64,000 nt of DNA from Gekko japonicus (lineage: Eukaryota): positions 309,418 to 373,417 of the forward strand of contig NW_015172015.1 in assembly GCF_001447785.1 (NCBI RefSeq). The letters are read 5' to 3'. The notes under the pieces are model-generated. The model did no database searches. It saw only the letters and a program-made list of their open reading frames with translations, and was not told the DNA's origin. Made by a program: the position numbers and the translations under genes. Below are positions 7,900 through 20,232 of this stretch, one piece after another (position 1 is the stretch's first letter; each line of letters starts with the position of its first letter).

Positions 7900-9790
7900 C
7901 TATGCGTCCCTTCCCGTGGGGGCACACCTTCTCTCCTTCTCTGCAACCTGGACAGTATCACAAGCAGATGTCTGGGCACAGGAGGTGGTGTCCCACGGCC
8001 ACACGATAGAATTCCGTCACCCCCCTCCAGAAAGATTCCTGGTCTTGCCTGTCAGCAAGTCCATTGCCAAAAGAGCCTTAGTAGACAGGGCACTCCAACA
8101 TCTGCTGGCCATTCGGGCCATAGAGCCTGTTCCCCTGACAGAACGAGGTCAACGGGGTCTACTCCATTCTCTTTCTGGTCCCCAAGAGGAACAGCGACTG
8201 GAGGGCCATTTTGGACCTGAAATTCCTCAACAGGTTCATTCGGCTTCACCACTTTAGAATGGAGACGCTCAAGTCTATCACAGAGACCTTACTGCCAGGT
8301 GACTATCTAACCTCCATAGACCTCACAGAGGCCTATCTCCACGTTCCCATCCATCAGACACACAAGAGGTTCCTCCGGTTTTGTGTCGGACAAAGCCATT
8401 TTCAGTATCGAGCACTGCCGTTCGGTCTTTCAAGTGCACCTCGGCTGTTTTCCAAGCTCCTCATCAATCCAGTAGTTCACCTCAGGAAACAGGGAGTTCA
8501 CATTCACCCCTATTTCGACGACCTGCTGGTGAGGGGCAACGACCTGAATTCGGCCATCCAAAACACTTCAAGGACAGTTCAGTGTCTACAAGAACACGGA
8601 TTCATAATCAACCTTCAGAAGAGTTGTCTGTGTCCATCGCAGAAAATCGAGCACCTGGGAGCAATAATAGACACGGAGTGCAATTCGCTCTTCCTGCCCT
8701 TAGACAAGGCTGTCAAGATTCGAGACATGGCTGGCTCGGTGATTCAGAGTTCTTCCACTCCCCTGATGTCATTGGCCAAGCTACTGAGTCTAATGGTCTC
8801 CTGCATAGACCTGGCTCAGTGAGCCCGTTTCCACTCCAGGTTGCTTCAGTGGTTTCTCAGGTTATATCAGCACCAGATTATGGAGCGCAAGTTTGTGAAT
8901 CTACGCGTCACGGCACAAGTCAGCCTTCTCTGGTGGACATCTCTACAGAACTTGAGGCAGGGCAAAGTATACTATGCCCCATTCTTCAAGGAAATTTTTA
9001 CAGACTCCAGTCTCATGGGCTGGGAAGCAATCCTGGAAGGAATTCCGGTCCAGGGACGTTGGTCCAGGGAGGAACAAAGTCTCCCTATCAACTTGCTGGA
9101 GCTAAGAGCAATCTGCAACACCCTCAATCATTTCAGTTAGGCGATTCGCAGGCAGCACGTTTTGGTCCGAACGGACAACATCTCAGCCAAAGCGTATCTC
9201 AACAATCAGGGTGGTTCCAGGTCCTCTCGACTGCATTGGGAAGCTGTACAGATCCTCAGTTGGGCCAAGAAGAATGTGACGACACTCCAGGCCGAGCATG
9301 TGAAAGGAGTTACCAACGCCCAAGCGGACTGGCTCAGCTGGGAAACCATTCTAGAGGCGGAATGGGCACTCCATCCGAGGGTATTTCGACTTCATTGTGC
9401 AACATCTTGGTCGACCATTGGTGGATCTCTTTGCTTCACCAGAGAACCATCAAGTTCCTTGGTTCTTCTTGAGATATCATCATCTGGAAGCGGAAGCGAC
9501 GGATGCCCTCACTGCTGCCTGGCCCCAGGGGCTTTTTTATGCGTTCCCTCCACTTCCATTGATACCCAGAACCATCCGTCGGATCTGGGAGGAGAGGGCA
9601 CAAGTCATCCTGGTGGCCCCCTGTGGGCAAGGCGCCCCTGGTATTCAGCGCTGTTGGAGCTGGCCATCCTTCCTCCTCTACCTCTGATGAAGTCTGCGGA
9701 CATGCTGCTGCAGGGACCAATCTGGCACCCCCATCTGGAGTGGCTCTGTCTAACCGCCTGGAGATTGAGCGGCAACAGTTCTCCCAGCTG
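7898..9790 (+). pseudogene. DIRS copy B pol (RT-RNaseH-MT), with frameshifts and stops
   Basis: PVGAHLLSFSATW, IDLTEAYLHVP, LPFGLSSAPRLF, YFDD, TDSSLMGW, INLLEL, TDN, VDLFAS...YAFPP. Confidence 0.9.
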
Positions 9791-10832
9791 GGTTATTCTA
9801 CACAGGTGATGGATACGATGCTAGCCTCCAGACGACAATCCACCATCCATATATATAACACGACCTGGAAGGCCTTTGTCAGATGGTACAGGAGGAAGAA
9901 GGTCAACGCTGTCCTCCACAGTGGCCTCGGTGTTAGCCTTTCTGCAAGATGGTCTGGATTCCGGGTTGAAGGTCCCCACTCTTCGCAGAAAGTCAGTGGC
10001 ATTATCTACTGTCCTTCCATTACTGGGAGGATATAAATTAACCAAACACCCGCATCTCCAGTTGTTTCTACAGGGAGCGTCTGCCAAGTCTCCACCACAG
10101 GTCCATCGGTTCCCTGCGTGGAAACTAAACACAGTCCTGACTGCTCTGACCAAGTCTCCCTTCGAGCCTCTTAGGGAGGTTTCCTTGAAGTGGCTAAGAA
10201 TGAAGACACTCTTCCTGGTGGCCATAACATCGGCACATCGAGTCTCAGAGATTAGTGCCTTCTCTGTCAAGTCTACGCTGTGCGTCTTTCACAAGGACAA
10301 AATTGTCCTCAGGATTGATCCTACCTTCCAGCCAAAAGTGTTGTTCGTTTTCCACCATTCTCAGGAAGTCTACCTACCTTCATTTTGTCCTAATCCTAAG
10401 CACCCTAAAGAGGTCCTGTGGCATAAGCTAGACATTAGGCATGCTCTGAAGATTTACATCCTCAGGACGGAACCAATCAGGAAGACGGACTTTATGTTCA
10501 TCAATATATCTCCACACAGAGTAGGTGACAGCATGTCCAAGACGTCAATCAGCACGGTTCTTAGATCCTGCATATCAGAGGCCTACGAGGCAGCTGGCCT
10601 GGAGGTTCCTAAAGGGATCACGGCACATTCCCTGAGGAGTGCTTCCACCAACACAGCCTTTTCAAACCAGGCGACAGTCGATGAAGTGTGCAGAGCAGCA
10701 ACCTGGACTTCCATCTCTGCGTTAGTCCGGCACTATAAACTGAACACCTTTGCCTCTGCTGATGCAGCATTTGGAAGAAGATTCCTTCAGCACATCCTGA
10801 CTGCAACTGACGATGACGACTCACCCAAATGA
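9770..10832 (+). pseudogene. DIRS copy B tyrosine recombinase (one frameshift near 9910)
   Basis: SAHRVSEI, AHSLRS, LVRHY. Confidence 0.9.
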
Positions 10833-10853
10833 GGGACACTGCTCTGGGAGGTT

Positions 10854-10942
10854 CCATGGAGATGTCCTCCACCTCAGAGGGAGAACGGCCATTGGCACTT
10901 ACCATGAAGGGTCCTTCTCCTCTGAGGTCAGGAGGACATCTC
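10854..10942 (+). repeat. DIRS copy B ICR
   Basis: 10854-10888 is the exact reverse complement of 5915-5949; 10889-10942 is the near-exact reverse complement of 11245-11298. Confidence 0.93.
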
Positions 10943-11303
10943 GGCCCTCCCGTATTTCATTGTCTTCTCTATCTGTTGGTGCTGATCTCTTCTTCCTTCT
11001 GAGTTTTTCTCTTTTCTTCTGTCAGGCCATCTGTACTCAAGGGGGATCAGCACAGTGACTGTAATATAGTTCAAGTTAACAATGTTATCAGAGTTTTCTG
11101 TCCCTATACAGGAGAGTTAGTTTTGGTTAGAGTTTACTGCTTGCGGAGTCCCAGAACTGAAGGCGGGGCTATTCCCAAGGTGCCAAGAGGAAGGGGAAAA
11201 AAGTGTTTCCTGCCTCCCTAAAGGAATGATGGGAATAACCCATGGAGATGTCCTCCTGACCTCAGAGGAGAAGGACCCTTCACAGTAAGTGCCAATGGTC
11301 GTT

Positions 11304-12270
11304 TTAGCATTAAACACTTTAAGTGCAGCTGGCACATATTGGTTACCTCAATCAGAGAAAGCGAGAAATTGCCGCAGCACTAACTTTAGCTACATTAACA
11401 GCCATTCTGCGATGATAGGTCCAAGTAGCACTAGATTGAAAATAAACACCCAAGTATTTAAAGTGCTTGACCTATTCAAGTTTATTACCATTAATAGTCC
11501 ACTTATATGATTTTTGGGAATAGGGAAAGAATAAGGGAGTTAGGGCCCATATCTCCTGTAGAAGAACAATATCAAAGGAATTAAAATAGTCTATAAAATC
11601 ATGATCTTTGGCCTTGCTCCTCCATCCTGCTATATTCCTGGAGACAAGTTTAATTATCATGGGTGGAGAGCTATCCAGAAGTCAATTCATCTCAACTAAT
11701 TGATCTAAGGAATTGTTCTCATCAAAATTGACACATCCATTGCTAATGGTACCAGCATACTGGGAGGAGTCCTTTTTGCCTAAAAACTTAAAACTAGAAT
11801 CACCCCCCTCCCTTAGTACAGATGGAAAAATAGAACCAAGGGGCTCAGATTGATGAACTACTGCTTGGACCTGACACTCGATGTTAACTGAAGGAACTTT
11901 ATCCCCGGTCATTGAGCTAAAGGAGGAATTGGGCTTATCCAACATGTTTTTTAAAATATTAGTTCTTGCGACTTCCGGGCTGTCTGTGACCAACTTTTGC
12001 TCAGCCAGTGGAAGAGCCTTAAAGGATTCCAGAACTTCCTCATCCAATAGCTATCCATAAGGCAGGAGCTGGAAATAGAATCATTCCCTGTTCTTAGATC
12101 TTTTAGTGCATAAGGAGCATGAGCACTAGAGTCAGTCGCTACAGGATTATTGTTAAGCACAGTAGGTCGAATTATATTATCCCACTCTCTCTTAGAGTAA
12201 GAAAACATAGGCAGCAAAGGAGTTAAAAACATGTCCTTAAAAACATGGATAGGAAAAATTCCTTTAGAGT
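11304..12270 (-). pseudogene. 5' part of the same non-LTR element interrupted by DIRS copy B; endonuclease N-terminus joined to late RT
   Basis: MIIKLVSRNIAGW...DIVLLQEIW (APE start, 11660) runs into KWTINGNKLE.VKHFKYLGVYF (RT end); ORF1-like fragments upstream. Confidence 0.65.
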
Positions 12271-12273
12271 TAA

Positions 12274-12537
12274 GAAGAGAAGAAGAGATTGGATTTATAC
12301 CCCACCCTTCACTACCCAAAGGAGTCTCAGAGCGGCTTACAAACTCCTTTCCCTTCCCCTCCCCACAACAGACACCCTGTGAGGTAGGTCTCTGACAGAA
12401 ACTGCTCTTTTTCAAGAACAGCTGTGCCAGAACTACAGCTTGCCCAAGGTCATCCAGCATGTGCAAGTGGAGGAGTGGGAAATCAAACCCAGTTCTCCCA
12501 GATTAGTGTCTGCGCACTTAACCACTACACCAAACTG
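12274..12537 (-). mobile_element. tRNA-derived SINE, Squam3-like
   Basis: Minus-strand A box TGGTGTAGTGG, B box GGTTTGATTTCC, (CTT)n tail; closely similar to 42221-42506. Confidence 0.8.
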
Positions 12538-13077
12538 ACTTAACTTTCCAAAATGTGTTGTTCAGGGATTTGTCAGCTTACATTTCTGCGGGAGCATGGC
12601 TTCACTAATATACAAATTAAAGACATGCTGTAAAATACAAATATTTCTTAAGTATCATCAGCCCTAACATTAGTGTGCCATTTCTTCTGTTTGACCAAAA
12701 TCTTGCTGATCAGAAAGAATTTTTTTGGAAAAGTGAATGGATACAGACCAATAATTCTGACATAGGACTTCATTAGTGCTTTTCATTATCAATATTGCAT
12801 GGTGAAGAGAAAGTATGAGTAATGCCCAAAGGATAGGATGCTAGTTTGAAGAGAGAACTCCATGAAGAATAGGAACTCTTGTATATAAAAATAAAATTAT
12901 TAGGATATTAGTAAGAGTTTTCAAAGCAGTATATCTGCCGTCGGAGAGAACTGTGGCTGACCGGGGCGTGACATTGATAGTGGAGTAGGAGGATGTCAAT
13001 TTCCCTAGCTCCCTTATCCCCTCATCCTTTACCCTCTAAAATAATACAAACCGGACATCAAAATCATTTCACAGAGC

Positions 13078-14035
13078 ATGGGAAAATCTGTTCAACAGAA
13101 GGCTAAACTGATCTCAACAGAATCAAAAGCAATAACATCCTTTTTCACTTCAAAAACGCCTGGAGAATCCCGGCCTAGAATTATGGACCTAACAACTAAG
13201 ATGGCTGACAAGATGGAAATGGCAGCATCTCAAACGGACGTTTTGATGAAGCAAGATCTACATGACTCACTGAAAGCATTTAAAAATTGGATACTGTTAC
13301 TGAGATCCTTAAGCCACTGACAGAACAAATAAACTCTATGCAAGCAAACCTTCAAAAAATGTCACAAACTGCGGAATGGCAATGGAAATGGGGCAGACAC
13401 ACCAAACTGGAATCCAACAATTACAGCACCATGAGGGGTGGGCCACAGAAAAAAATTCTACCTCAGAAATAAATTAAAGGAATGGAATGTTAAACTACGA
13501 GGTTTTGCCGAAAATGTGGAGGAGTCGGCGGATCTGGCCAGCTTTGTTGTGACATGGCTCTCTAAGGCTCTCCAATTACAGGAAGGCATAACACCCCTGT
13601 GCATAAAGAATTGGTGCATTATACTCAGCTCGCATGAGAGGCCTGAGAGACATAATTATAGAACTGGCAGACCTCTGTGTAAAGAGAAAATTATTACAAC
13701 AAGCTAGAGTAAGGGGTGGCCTCACCTTCCAGGACATGACTATTATGGTTTTCCCAGATTTGTCATCAGAAATGCTGCAATTCTGTCATTCCTTAAAGCC
13801 AATTACTGCAAAACTGAGAGAGGCTGGCATAAAGTACCAGTGGTCACCACTAGGGAAATTACAAGTCTCCTTTCAAAATAAAAGCAAACAAGCATCAGAC
13901 ATCGAAGAAGACTACAATCTACTGCATGGGTTCGGCATAGAAGTCCCCTATGAAGCCGCAAGGAAATTGCAAAAAAGGAAACTTGATTCACCAGCAACTC
14001 CACAGAAGTGGAGCAAAATCCCCATCATAAATTAA
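13078..14035 (+). pseudogene. L1 ORF1 (frameshifted)
   Basis: NVKLRGFAE, RDIIIEL, VFPDLSSE, LREAGIKYQW motifs of L1 ORF1 RRM/CTD. Confidence 0.8.
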
Positions 14036-17000
14036 AAGTGATCTGTCTATGTTTGCCCTTCGATTTGGCTCTGCTAGATAAGATCCGGTTTGACTGAAGT
14101 GCATTCTCCCCCCCCCCTATTTAATGTAAAAGATTTTCTAGTTCTATTTTTCTTCGTTATAAAAGGTTATAAAACTTCATTCAATGCATATGGGGGATTG
14201 GGGGGGCAGGGCTTCCAAGCTCCTCAAGAGTAGCGGTTTTGGTGGTGAAGCTATGTCCGCTTCATCTTGGGTTTTCTGAGATCCGCGAGTGCTACAGGTA
14301 TAGCGTGCTTGGTTTCTTTTGTCAACACTATGGCTTTTTATTAGGAGCACACTATACTCTTAGATTTTGTTCTTGGGGTATGAGGAAGGGAGGAGGGAGA
14401 GGAATGGCTTGGGAAATAATCTGTAACTTGTTTATAATGCAATGCGAAGAATCCACTATGTTAAGAGTTTGGTTTTGTTCTGTTTACTCATTCAGACAGA
14501 GTTGGTTTATATACTCTATAGCACAGTTGCAGGTTTATACGCAACGATGGGTGGAGGATAATGTAAGAGAGACTTTAAAAGACACCAATGTTTTTCAGAC
14601 TGCATTCACTTTCATGATGAAGGTTCTTAAAGATACATACGCACTGTTATGGTTAGTGCTTAATGGACATAGCAAAACACACAGAAAACAGCCCGATTCA
14701 GTCAGTAGACTATCAATGAATCTTTCCACAATAATCTTAACTAGTTGGATATTAATTTTCTTTAGGTTTTGGTATGTCATAGCCCGAAGGCAAAGTTTGG
14801 TTTGATCCAATTTCCTCCTGTATACAGGGGGGAAATCAAATGTGGGTACATCATTCAAAGGCTCCTTTCAGGCAGCCATGTCATTTCAAATGGAGTTAGT
14901 TACTAAAACAATTATACCATTCAACTCTTTTATACAACTGCTCCTATGAAATCCTTAGGCAGCAAGATTGTTCTATCAGTTGGGAGGCATCAGCCTTGGA
15001 TTTTACTAAGCAATTCCAATAATACTTATCTATATGAAAATCCTCACATGACCTGCTTTTTTTGCTCACTATTTATGTTAGTATTTTCACTAATAGACCT
15101 GTTTTTACTAAACGTACAAGCCAAACTATGACGGATCTTTAAAACTATCTTATCTGAAGTCACAAAATACACATACTAGAGAAAAGATCTTTTCATCTAT
15201 TAGAAAAACCTCCTAGGCTTTTACATAGTTAAAAAAAAGCAAAATGTGAAACTGATTTGCATGTAATTAATGTAAACAAATGGTCCCTCAGGATTCATTT
15301 TCAGTAGGCTTTGACTTGACTGAGGATACTATGCACACATTGTACTTGATTAACTTTAATATGTAAATTAATTATATTAACTAATGAATTTTTAAAATTA
15401 TACTCACATAATTATTCTAATTCTCACATGCAAATCGTATTAACTATTGCCTTTTTCTTACTAGGTATTTGCACATTGCAAAGAGCACTTATTGGTTTTC
15501 TCTCTGGGAAATATGCACACAAATTACATCCTGTTATATTTTCACCGTGACACAGAAAAATCTGACTATAATATCTCTAAATTGTAGAGGTATTAGAGAC
15601 AAAATAAAGGCTAAACAGATCTTTTCATCTATTAGGCAGTATCACGCTGATATCATTTTCTTTCAAGAAACCCAACTAACAAGCAAACACAGCAATATAA
15701 GCAACTCAGATATGTACCCCAATCAATATATGGCCTATGGATCATCTAGCTCCAGAGGAGTAGCAATCTTAATCTCGAAAAACATTAGATTCACCCCTCA
15801 CACTTTGAATGCAGATGAAGATGGCGGATATATTTTCTTAAAAGGGGAATTAAATGGCTTTATGACAACTTTGGTATCAATGTATGTACGTAACTTGAGC
15901 CAACTTGGATATATCCAGAGCACCTTAAGAAATTAAAAACCTTTCATGAAGGTCCTATAATTATAGGTGGAGATCTTAACTATATAAGTGACCCCAAATT
16001 TGACAGATCCTCCCCAAAGAATAGATCTTCTAGAAAAAGGTCTCCACTAACTCAGCTGTCAGGTCTTCACAAACTCCTAATTGAATTAGGAGGTTAACTC
16101 ATGGTCTAGAATGTGACTACACTTAATTCTCATCTCAATTCAATATTCACATGAGAACTGATGGTATTTTAATATCAAAATCTCTGATATCAAAGATAGC
16201 CTCAATGGAAATAGGACAAAAATGTTGGTCAGACTATGCCCCGGTACTATGTAAACTTTATAACCAAGAACAACAACAAAAAAGCTTCAGTTGGTGACTT
16301 AACACTTCTTTATTAGCTAACAAAGAGTTCTGTAAAGAAATAGAAAAAGAAATTGCAGATTTCTTTGTCCATAATTTAAATAATAGTGTTGCATTGCCTG
16401 TGGTGTGGAATGCTTTCAGGGCAGTTCTCCGAGGGAAAATCATTTCTTTGTCATCAGCCTTTAAGAAAAAAAGAGAGCAATTAAAACATAATCTGGTAGC
16501 TTCGATACACGAATTAGAAATAGAACACAAAAAATCTTGTAGTAAGAAAATATACAAAAAACTGTTTGATGAACGAAAAAAAATTAGAAGTGCTTGAAGC
16601 CAATAATAATCAAAGAAATATATTATTTACAAAACTACGTTATTGGTATAAAAGCTCCCAATCCCTCCAGCTCCTCTCTTGGAAGGTGGAAAAATGCTTG
16701 ACTGATAGCCACATTAATAATATCAGAGATTCTAAAGGAGTCCTCCATTCCTCCACATCAAAGATCCTTAAAGTTTTTGAGCAATATTACTCTACCTTAT
16801 ACAGATCTGGGAACCCTTCACCTGAGAACATTACAGATTTCCTGAGTTCAAACAAAAACTTTGGAGCATTGACTATGGAACACCAAGAATTTTTGGAAAA
16901 GCCTATCTCAGAAATCAAAATTAACTATATCATAAAAACTTTTAAATGCAATAAGGCACCGGGGCCAGATGGATTTACTTCAGAGTATTACAAAAAGTTT

Positions 17001-18608
17001 TCTAAAAACCTTACTAAATACCTACAACAGATTATTAACTTATCTTTAAATAGTGGCATTAGTCCAGATTCATGGAAACTTGCAAATGTCATCGTTTTGC
17101 CTAAAAAAAGATAGGGATACAACAAACACCAAATCCTGTCGTCCAATATCCATACTCAATTCAGATTATAAGATATTTACGGCTGTCATGACATCACGAT
17201 TGAATAAGATAATAAATAATTATACCAATATAGACCAGACGGGTTTTATCCCACAGAGGGAACTAATTGACAATATTAGGAAAACAATCAATATCATTCA
17301 TTACAGGGATGAGCCTGCATGTATTCTGTCCTTTGATATTGAAAAAGCATTCGACATGGTTGAGATCATCTTTGTCCAAAAATTATTAGAAACTATAAAC
17401 TTTGGCATATAATTTAGGACAGCAATTAAATCACTCTATTCCTCCCTGAAAGCTCAAATTTGGATAAATGGTGCCCACTCAAACCCAATAAACGTATCAA
17501 GAGGCACCCGACAAGGGTGCCCTCTCTCACCATTGTTATTTGCTATGGCAATATAACCTTTAGCACACAAAATTCCTGCAATCTTAGGAATGCAAATTAA
17601 CAGAAAAATATTTAAAGTCTTATTATTTGCTGATGACCTAGTCCTTTATATAACACACCCAGACAAATCTTTACTGATCATCACTAATGTCCTTGACGCT
17701 TTCAGCAAGGTCGCAGGATTAAAAGTTAATTTATCCAAAACTCAACTTTACCCCATTAAAATGAGCATGTGAAACGTAAAATTCATTTTAGTATAAGCTG
17801 GATCACACATTATTGGGAATATCTGGGGTTAAAATTCCTTTGGATTTAAATGTGTTACTCCGTTTAAACTTTTTAGTACTAGCAAACAGATATCTACTGT
17901 GGTTAAGCAATGGACAGCTCAGCCATCATCCTTAACAGAACAAGTTGATCTAGTCAAAAGTTTTCTATTTCCTAAATTTTCTCCATGAGAACGCTACCTA
18001 TTCATATTCCAAATACTCTTCTAGATAAATGGCAAAAGGAATTTATCAAGTTCATATGGCAATCCAAACACTCCAGAGTAAACCTTACTACACTCAAAAG
18101 ACCAATAAAACAAGGAGGTTTAGGTGTCTGCGATCTCAAAATATACTACCAGATCATACTCTTGGCAAATATAGTGAAATATTACAACAATTCTTTTAAG
18201 GCAGACTGGAAACTCAGAGGATACTTACATTGCCCCATACTCATTTCAAGAAATATTATGGTGTTCACAAAATAATAGCAGCCATCCACAACATTATGAT
18301 AATCCTTTTCTGGATGCTATGCTTAGGGTATGGCATATAAGGCACAATCTAATTTCACCACCAACTTCATTACTTACTACCTTTGTAGGCCAACCCTGGT
18401 TCAAACCAGGAATGCATAAAACATCATTCCAACTTTGGCGTGAGGCACCCCTTACTTGGTTTATAGACGTCACTGCACATGGTTTATTGCAAGGTAAGGT
18501 GAAAATGGAAGACGATCATGATATCAAAATTCCCTGGTTTGAATATCTGCAGCTTAGTAGTCTCATCAATTTATTAAATCTTAATACTCCCCTGCATTTG
18601 TCCTATAC

Positions 18609-19036
18609 CAAGGGTGGCCAAACTGCAACTTGGGAACCACATGCGGCTCTTTCACACATATTGTGTGGCTCCCAGCAGGATGGCTGGGAAAGGGGAATCA
18701 TGCCTCCCCAACAGGTCTTCCCTTCCCTAGCCAGTGTCCCCCCCCCCTCGGAGCAGAGAAAGAAAGCAACTTTAACTTTAAATGTGTTCTCAAAGCCCCC
18801 CCCCCCCCGGCCGGCTTAGAGAAGACATTTGTCTCTTTAAATATCCTTATCAGTATCTGTTTTTACCCCTTTTGTTTTTATTTCTGGCCATATTATTTAA
18901 TGTTAACGTTAATAAAAAGCAAATTTGCATATTTTCCAATAAAAACGTGTGTAATATTTGTTCATGTCTTGCGGCTCTCAGACATCTGATGTTTCTTCAG
19001 TGTGGCTCTTACGTTAAGCAACTTTGGCTACCCCTG
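18609..19036. mobile_element. hAT-superfamily non-autonomous DNA transposon (MITE), copy 1
   Basis: TIRs CA(A)GGGTGGCCAAA / TTTGGCTACCCCTG; 8-bp TSD tcctatac at 18601-18608 and 19037-19044. Confidence 0.9.
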
Positions 19037-19110
19037 TCCTATACAGACTTTGAGAAACTATTAATTCAGAAGCAGACTCCTGTTAAAAATCTTACATCCA
19101 AAATCTATAC

Positions 19111-20232
19111 CAGGGGTGGCCTAACTTGTATAACGTAAGAGCCATATAGAATAAATGTCAGATGTTCGAGAGCTGCAAGACATGAACAAATATTACACAC
19201 GTTTTTATTGGAAAATATGCAAATTTGCTTTTTATTAACATTAAATGAGACTGCGAAGAGGTAAAGATATTGATAATGATATCTATTTGTCCAATGATAT
19301 TTATTTGTCTAAGAGAGAGAAAGAGAGAGAGAGGTGGAAAGAAATAATGAAAGAGGTAGAGAGAAAGAGAAAGCGAAACAAAGCAAATATATGGGGAGGG
19401 AGGAGAAGGAAGGAAGAGAGAGAAAGGAAGGAAGAAAGGGAAAAAGAGAAAGAAAGTTGGAAAGAAAGCAAATAGATGGGGAAGGAGACAGGAAGGGGGA
19501 AAGAGAGAGAGAAAACAAAGAAAGCAAATTGGATGGGAGGGAGGGGGAAGAAGGAAGGAAGAGAGAAAGAAAAAAGAAAGCAAATGGGGAGGAAGGAAGG
19601 AAGAGAAAGAGAAAGGTGGAAAGAATGAAAGAAGTGGGACGAAAGAAGGAGCGAGAGAAACAGAAAGAAACAAATAGATGGGGGAGAAAAGAAGGAAGGA
19701 AGGAAATAGATGAGGGAGGGGAGAAAGGAAGGAATGAAGAGAGAGAGAGAAGAAGGAAGGAAAGGAGAAAGAGAGAGAAAGGTGAAAAGAAAGAAAGAGG
19801 TTGGAAAGAAAGCAAATAGGGGAGGAAGGAAGGAAGCGGGAGAGAGAGCGAGAGAGGTGAAAAGAAAGCCAATAAACGGGGAGGGAGAAAGGGAGAGGTA
19901 GAAAGAAAGCAACTTTAGCTTTAAATGTGTTCTCCAACTCCCACCCCACACCCCATGACAGCTGGCTTGGCTTGGAGAAGTTATTTAAAGCGACAGATGC
20001 CTTCTCCAAGCCGGCCTGCGGGGGGGGGTGCTTTGAGAACACATTTAAAGTTGCTTGCTTTCTATTCCCCCCCACCTGAAGCCTGCCGAGGGAGGGGAAC
20101 ACTGGCAGGGGAAGGGAAGACCAATCAGGGAGACATGCCTCCCCTTCACTTCCCCAGCTGCCCTGCTGGGAGCCACACAATATTTGTGAAAGAGCCACAT
20201 GTGGCTCCCGAGCCGCAGTTTGGCCACCCCTG
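19111..20232. mobile_element. hAT MITE, copy 2, opposite orientation, with internal purine-rich expansion
   Basis: TIRs CAGGGGTGGCC / GGCCACCCCTG; 8-bp TSD atctatac at 19103-19110 and 20233-20240. Confidence 0.9.
19310..19910 (+). repeat. Polypurine (GA-rich) low-complexity tract with recurring GAAAGCAAATAGATGGGG units
   Basis: Direct reading of the sequence. Confidence 0.9.

Larger units (their letters stand above)
5915..11303 (+). mobile_element. DIRS1-like retrotransposon, full-length but decayed (copy B)
   Basis: Left ITR 5915-6035 inverted to right ITR 11153-about 11272; ICR 10854-10942; fragmented gag, RT (YFDD), RNase H, MT and YR. Confidence 0.95.

Noticed and set aside
14239-14805. 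188-aa ORF as a third L1 gene
   Set aside because: Non-ATG start, no motif, and it lies in a decayed element
19158-20198. Long F/L/S/P-rich and E/R/K-rich ORFs (up to 346 aa)
   Set aside because: Artefacts of the polypurine/polypyrimidine tract inside a MITE
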